Below, in pieces: positions 63,092-64,000 of a stretch of 64,000 nucleotides of DNA. Source of the DNA: Batkoa obscura (Eukaryota); the NCBI GenBank assembly GCA_030770535.1, contig JASVEC010000018.1, positions 806,001 through 870,000 of the forward strand. Direction: 5' to 3'. Made by a program: the position numbers and the translations under genes. Each line of letters begins with the position of its first letter. The first letter of the stretch is position 1. The notes beneath the pieces were generated by a model. The model was not told the origin of the DNA and did not search any database. It worked only from the letters and a program-made list of their open reading frames with translations.

Positions 63092-64000
63092 ATGGATCAA
63101 ATTGAAACTCAGTTAAATAAATTGGAAGAAGCCAAGTAAGTAGAATCAAAAGAATAGTAGAATTTATACTAAAAGATATTTATTTATAGAAAGAGTGTAC
63201 AAGTGGAAAAAGCCATTCCCTTAAATTATGATTTAGGGTTATTATGTGCTACAGATATTAATACCATGGATAACACTAAGTTCAAGTAAGACAAGACACT
63301 AAAATTGAAACTCTTCACTTCTAACACCTTTTTTTTCCAAAACAGAAAACTAGATGATAACCTTGATGATTATTTAAAAAGATATTGCCGTGATGGTATT
63401 CAATTATTATTAAATCAAGTATTTTCTCTCCCTGTAGTAGCTAGTGAAGATGGTTATATGGTTACATTACCAAAACCAAATACTTCATTACCACGTGAAA
63501 AGCCAGTAAGTTCTCTTATTTTCCTTCTTATTCTTCTTGTTTTTTAACTTAAATTTCTAGATTCCAAAACCTAAACCATTAACACGATGGGAGAAGTTTG
63601 CTAAGGCTAAAAACATCACGAATAAAAAACGAGAACGTATGGTTTATGATGAAGAAAGTGGAGAATATAAACCACGATATGGATATAAGGGTATTAATCA
63701 AGTAGCTAAAGATTGGTTAATGGAAGTACCAGATGGTGAAGATCCAAATGTTGATTTATATGCTAAAGAAAGAGAAGATAAAAAATCAAGAGTTGAAAAG
63801 AATTTAAAGAGACAAATGAGAAATGTGAGAGAAGCTAGCGGAGAAAATAAAGAAAAGGAAACTCCTAAAGAAATAGCTGCTAAATTAAGACAAGAAAGAA
63901 CAGTTAGAAAAGGCACCCTTGAAAGAGATGCTGTATTGGCTAAAGTTTCTACAGCTTCTATGGGTAAATTCGATAAAAAAATTGAGGGCGAAGCTAAAGC
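63092..64000 (+). CDS. RRS1: Ribosome biogenesis regulatory protein RRS1 (partial, runs off the window)
   Basis: YDLGLL, RDGIQLLLNQVF, LPREKP|IPKPKPLTRWEKFAKAK, YKPRYGYKG and STASMGKFD. Confidence 0.93.

Overview
AT-rich eukaryotic genomic DNA with short (~45-65 nt) GT-AG introns. The gene content looks fungal, probably an early-diverging zygomycete-grade lineage (inference). Host genes: a USP deubiquitinase with a CaaX end, YAE1-like, GDT1/TMEM165, PPZ-type phosphatase, Tubby-like, STE20/PAK kinase, a secreted GPI-type Cys-rich protein, a TBC Rab-GAP, a large helical protein with a BTB-like end, Med15/Gal11-like, an SLC12 cotransporter, Spc105/KNL1, Mic12-like and RRS1. Two transposon-related systems stand out. 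(1) A family of six IS630/Tc1-type (DD34E) transposase-derived genes: five in a same-strand tandem array at 41.3-52.0 kb and one dispersed pseudogene at 27.6 kb. All lack the first catalytic Asp (N in five, S in one) and other catalytic-core motifs, show no TIRs by eye, and differ in their HTH recognition helices. Three have intact ORFs. This suggests a domesticated, expanding DNA-binding gene family. (2) An intact 2.47 kb Sola-like DDD transposon (479-2943; GGGG/CCCC ends, ATAT flanks), twelve ~98 bp MITEs whose ends resemble its ends, and a decayed transposase relic in a MITE-dense island at 20-22 kb. All calls are by-eye motif recognition; no database searches were run.
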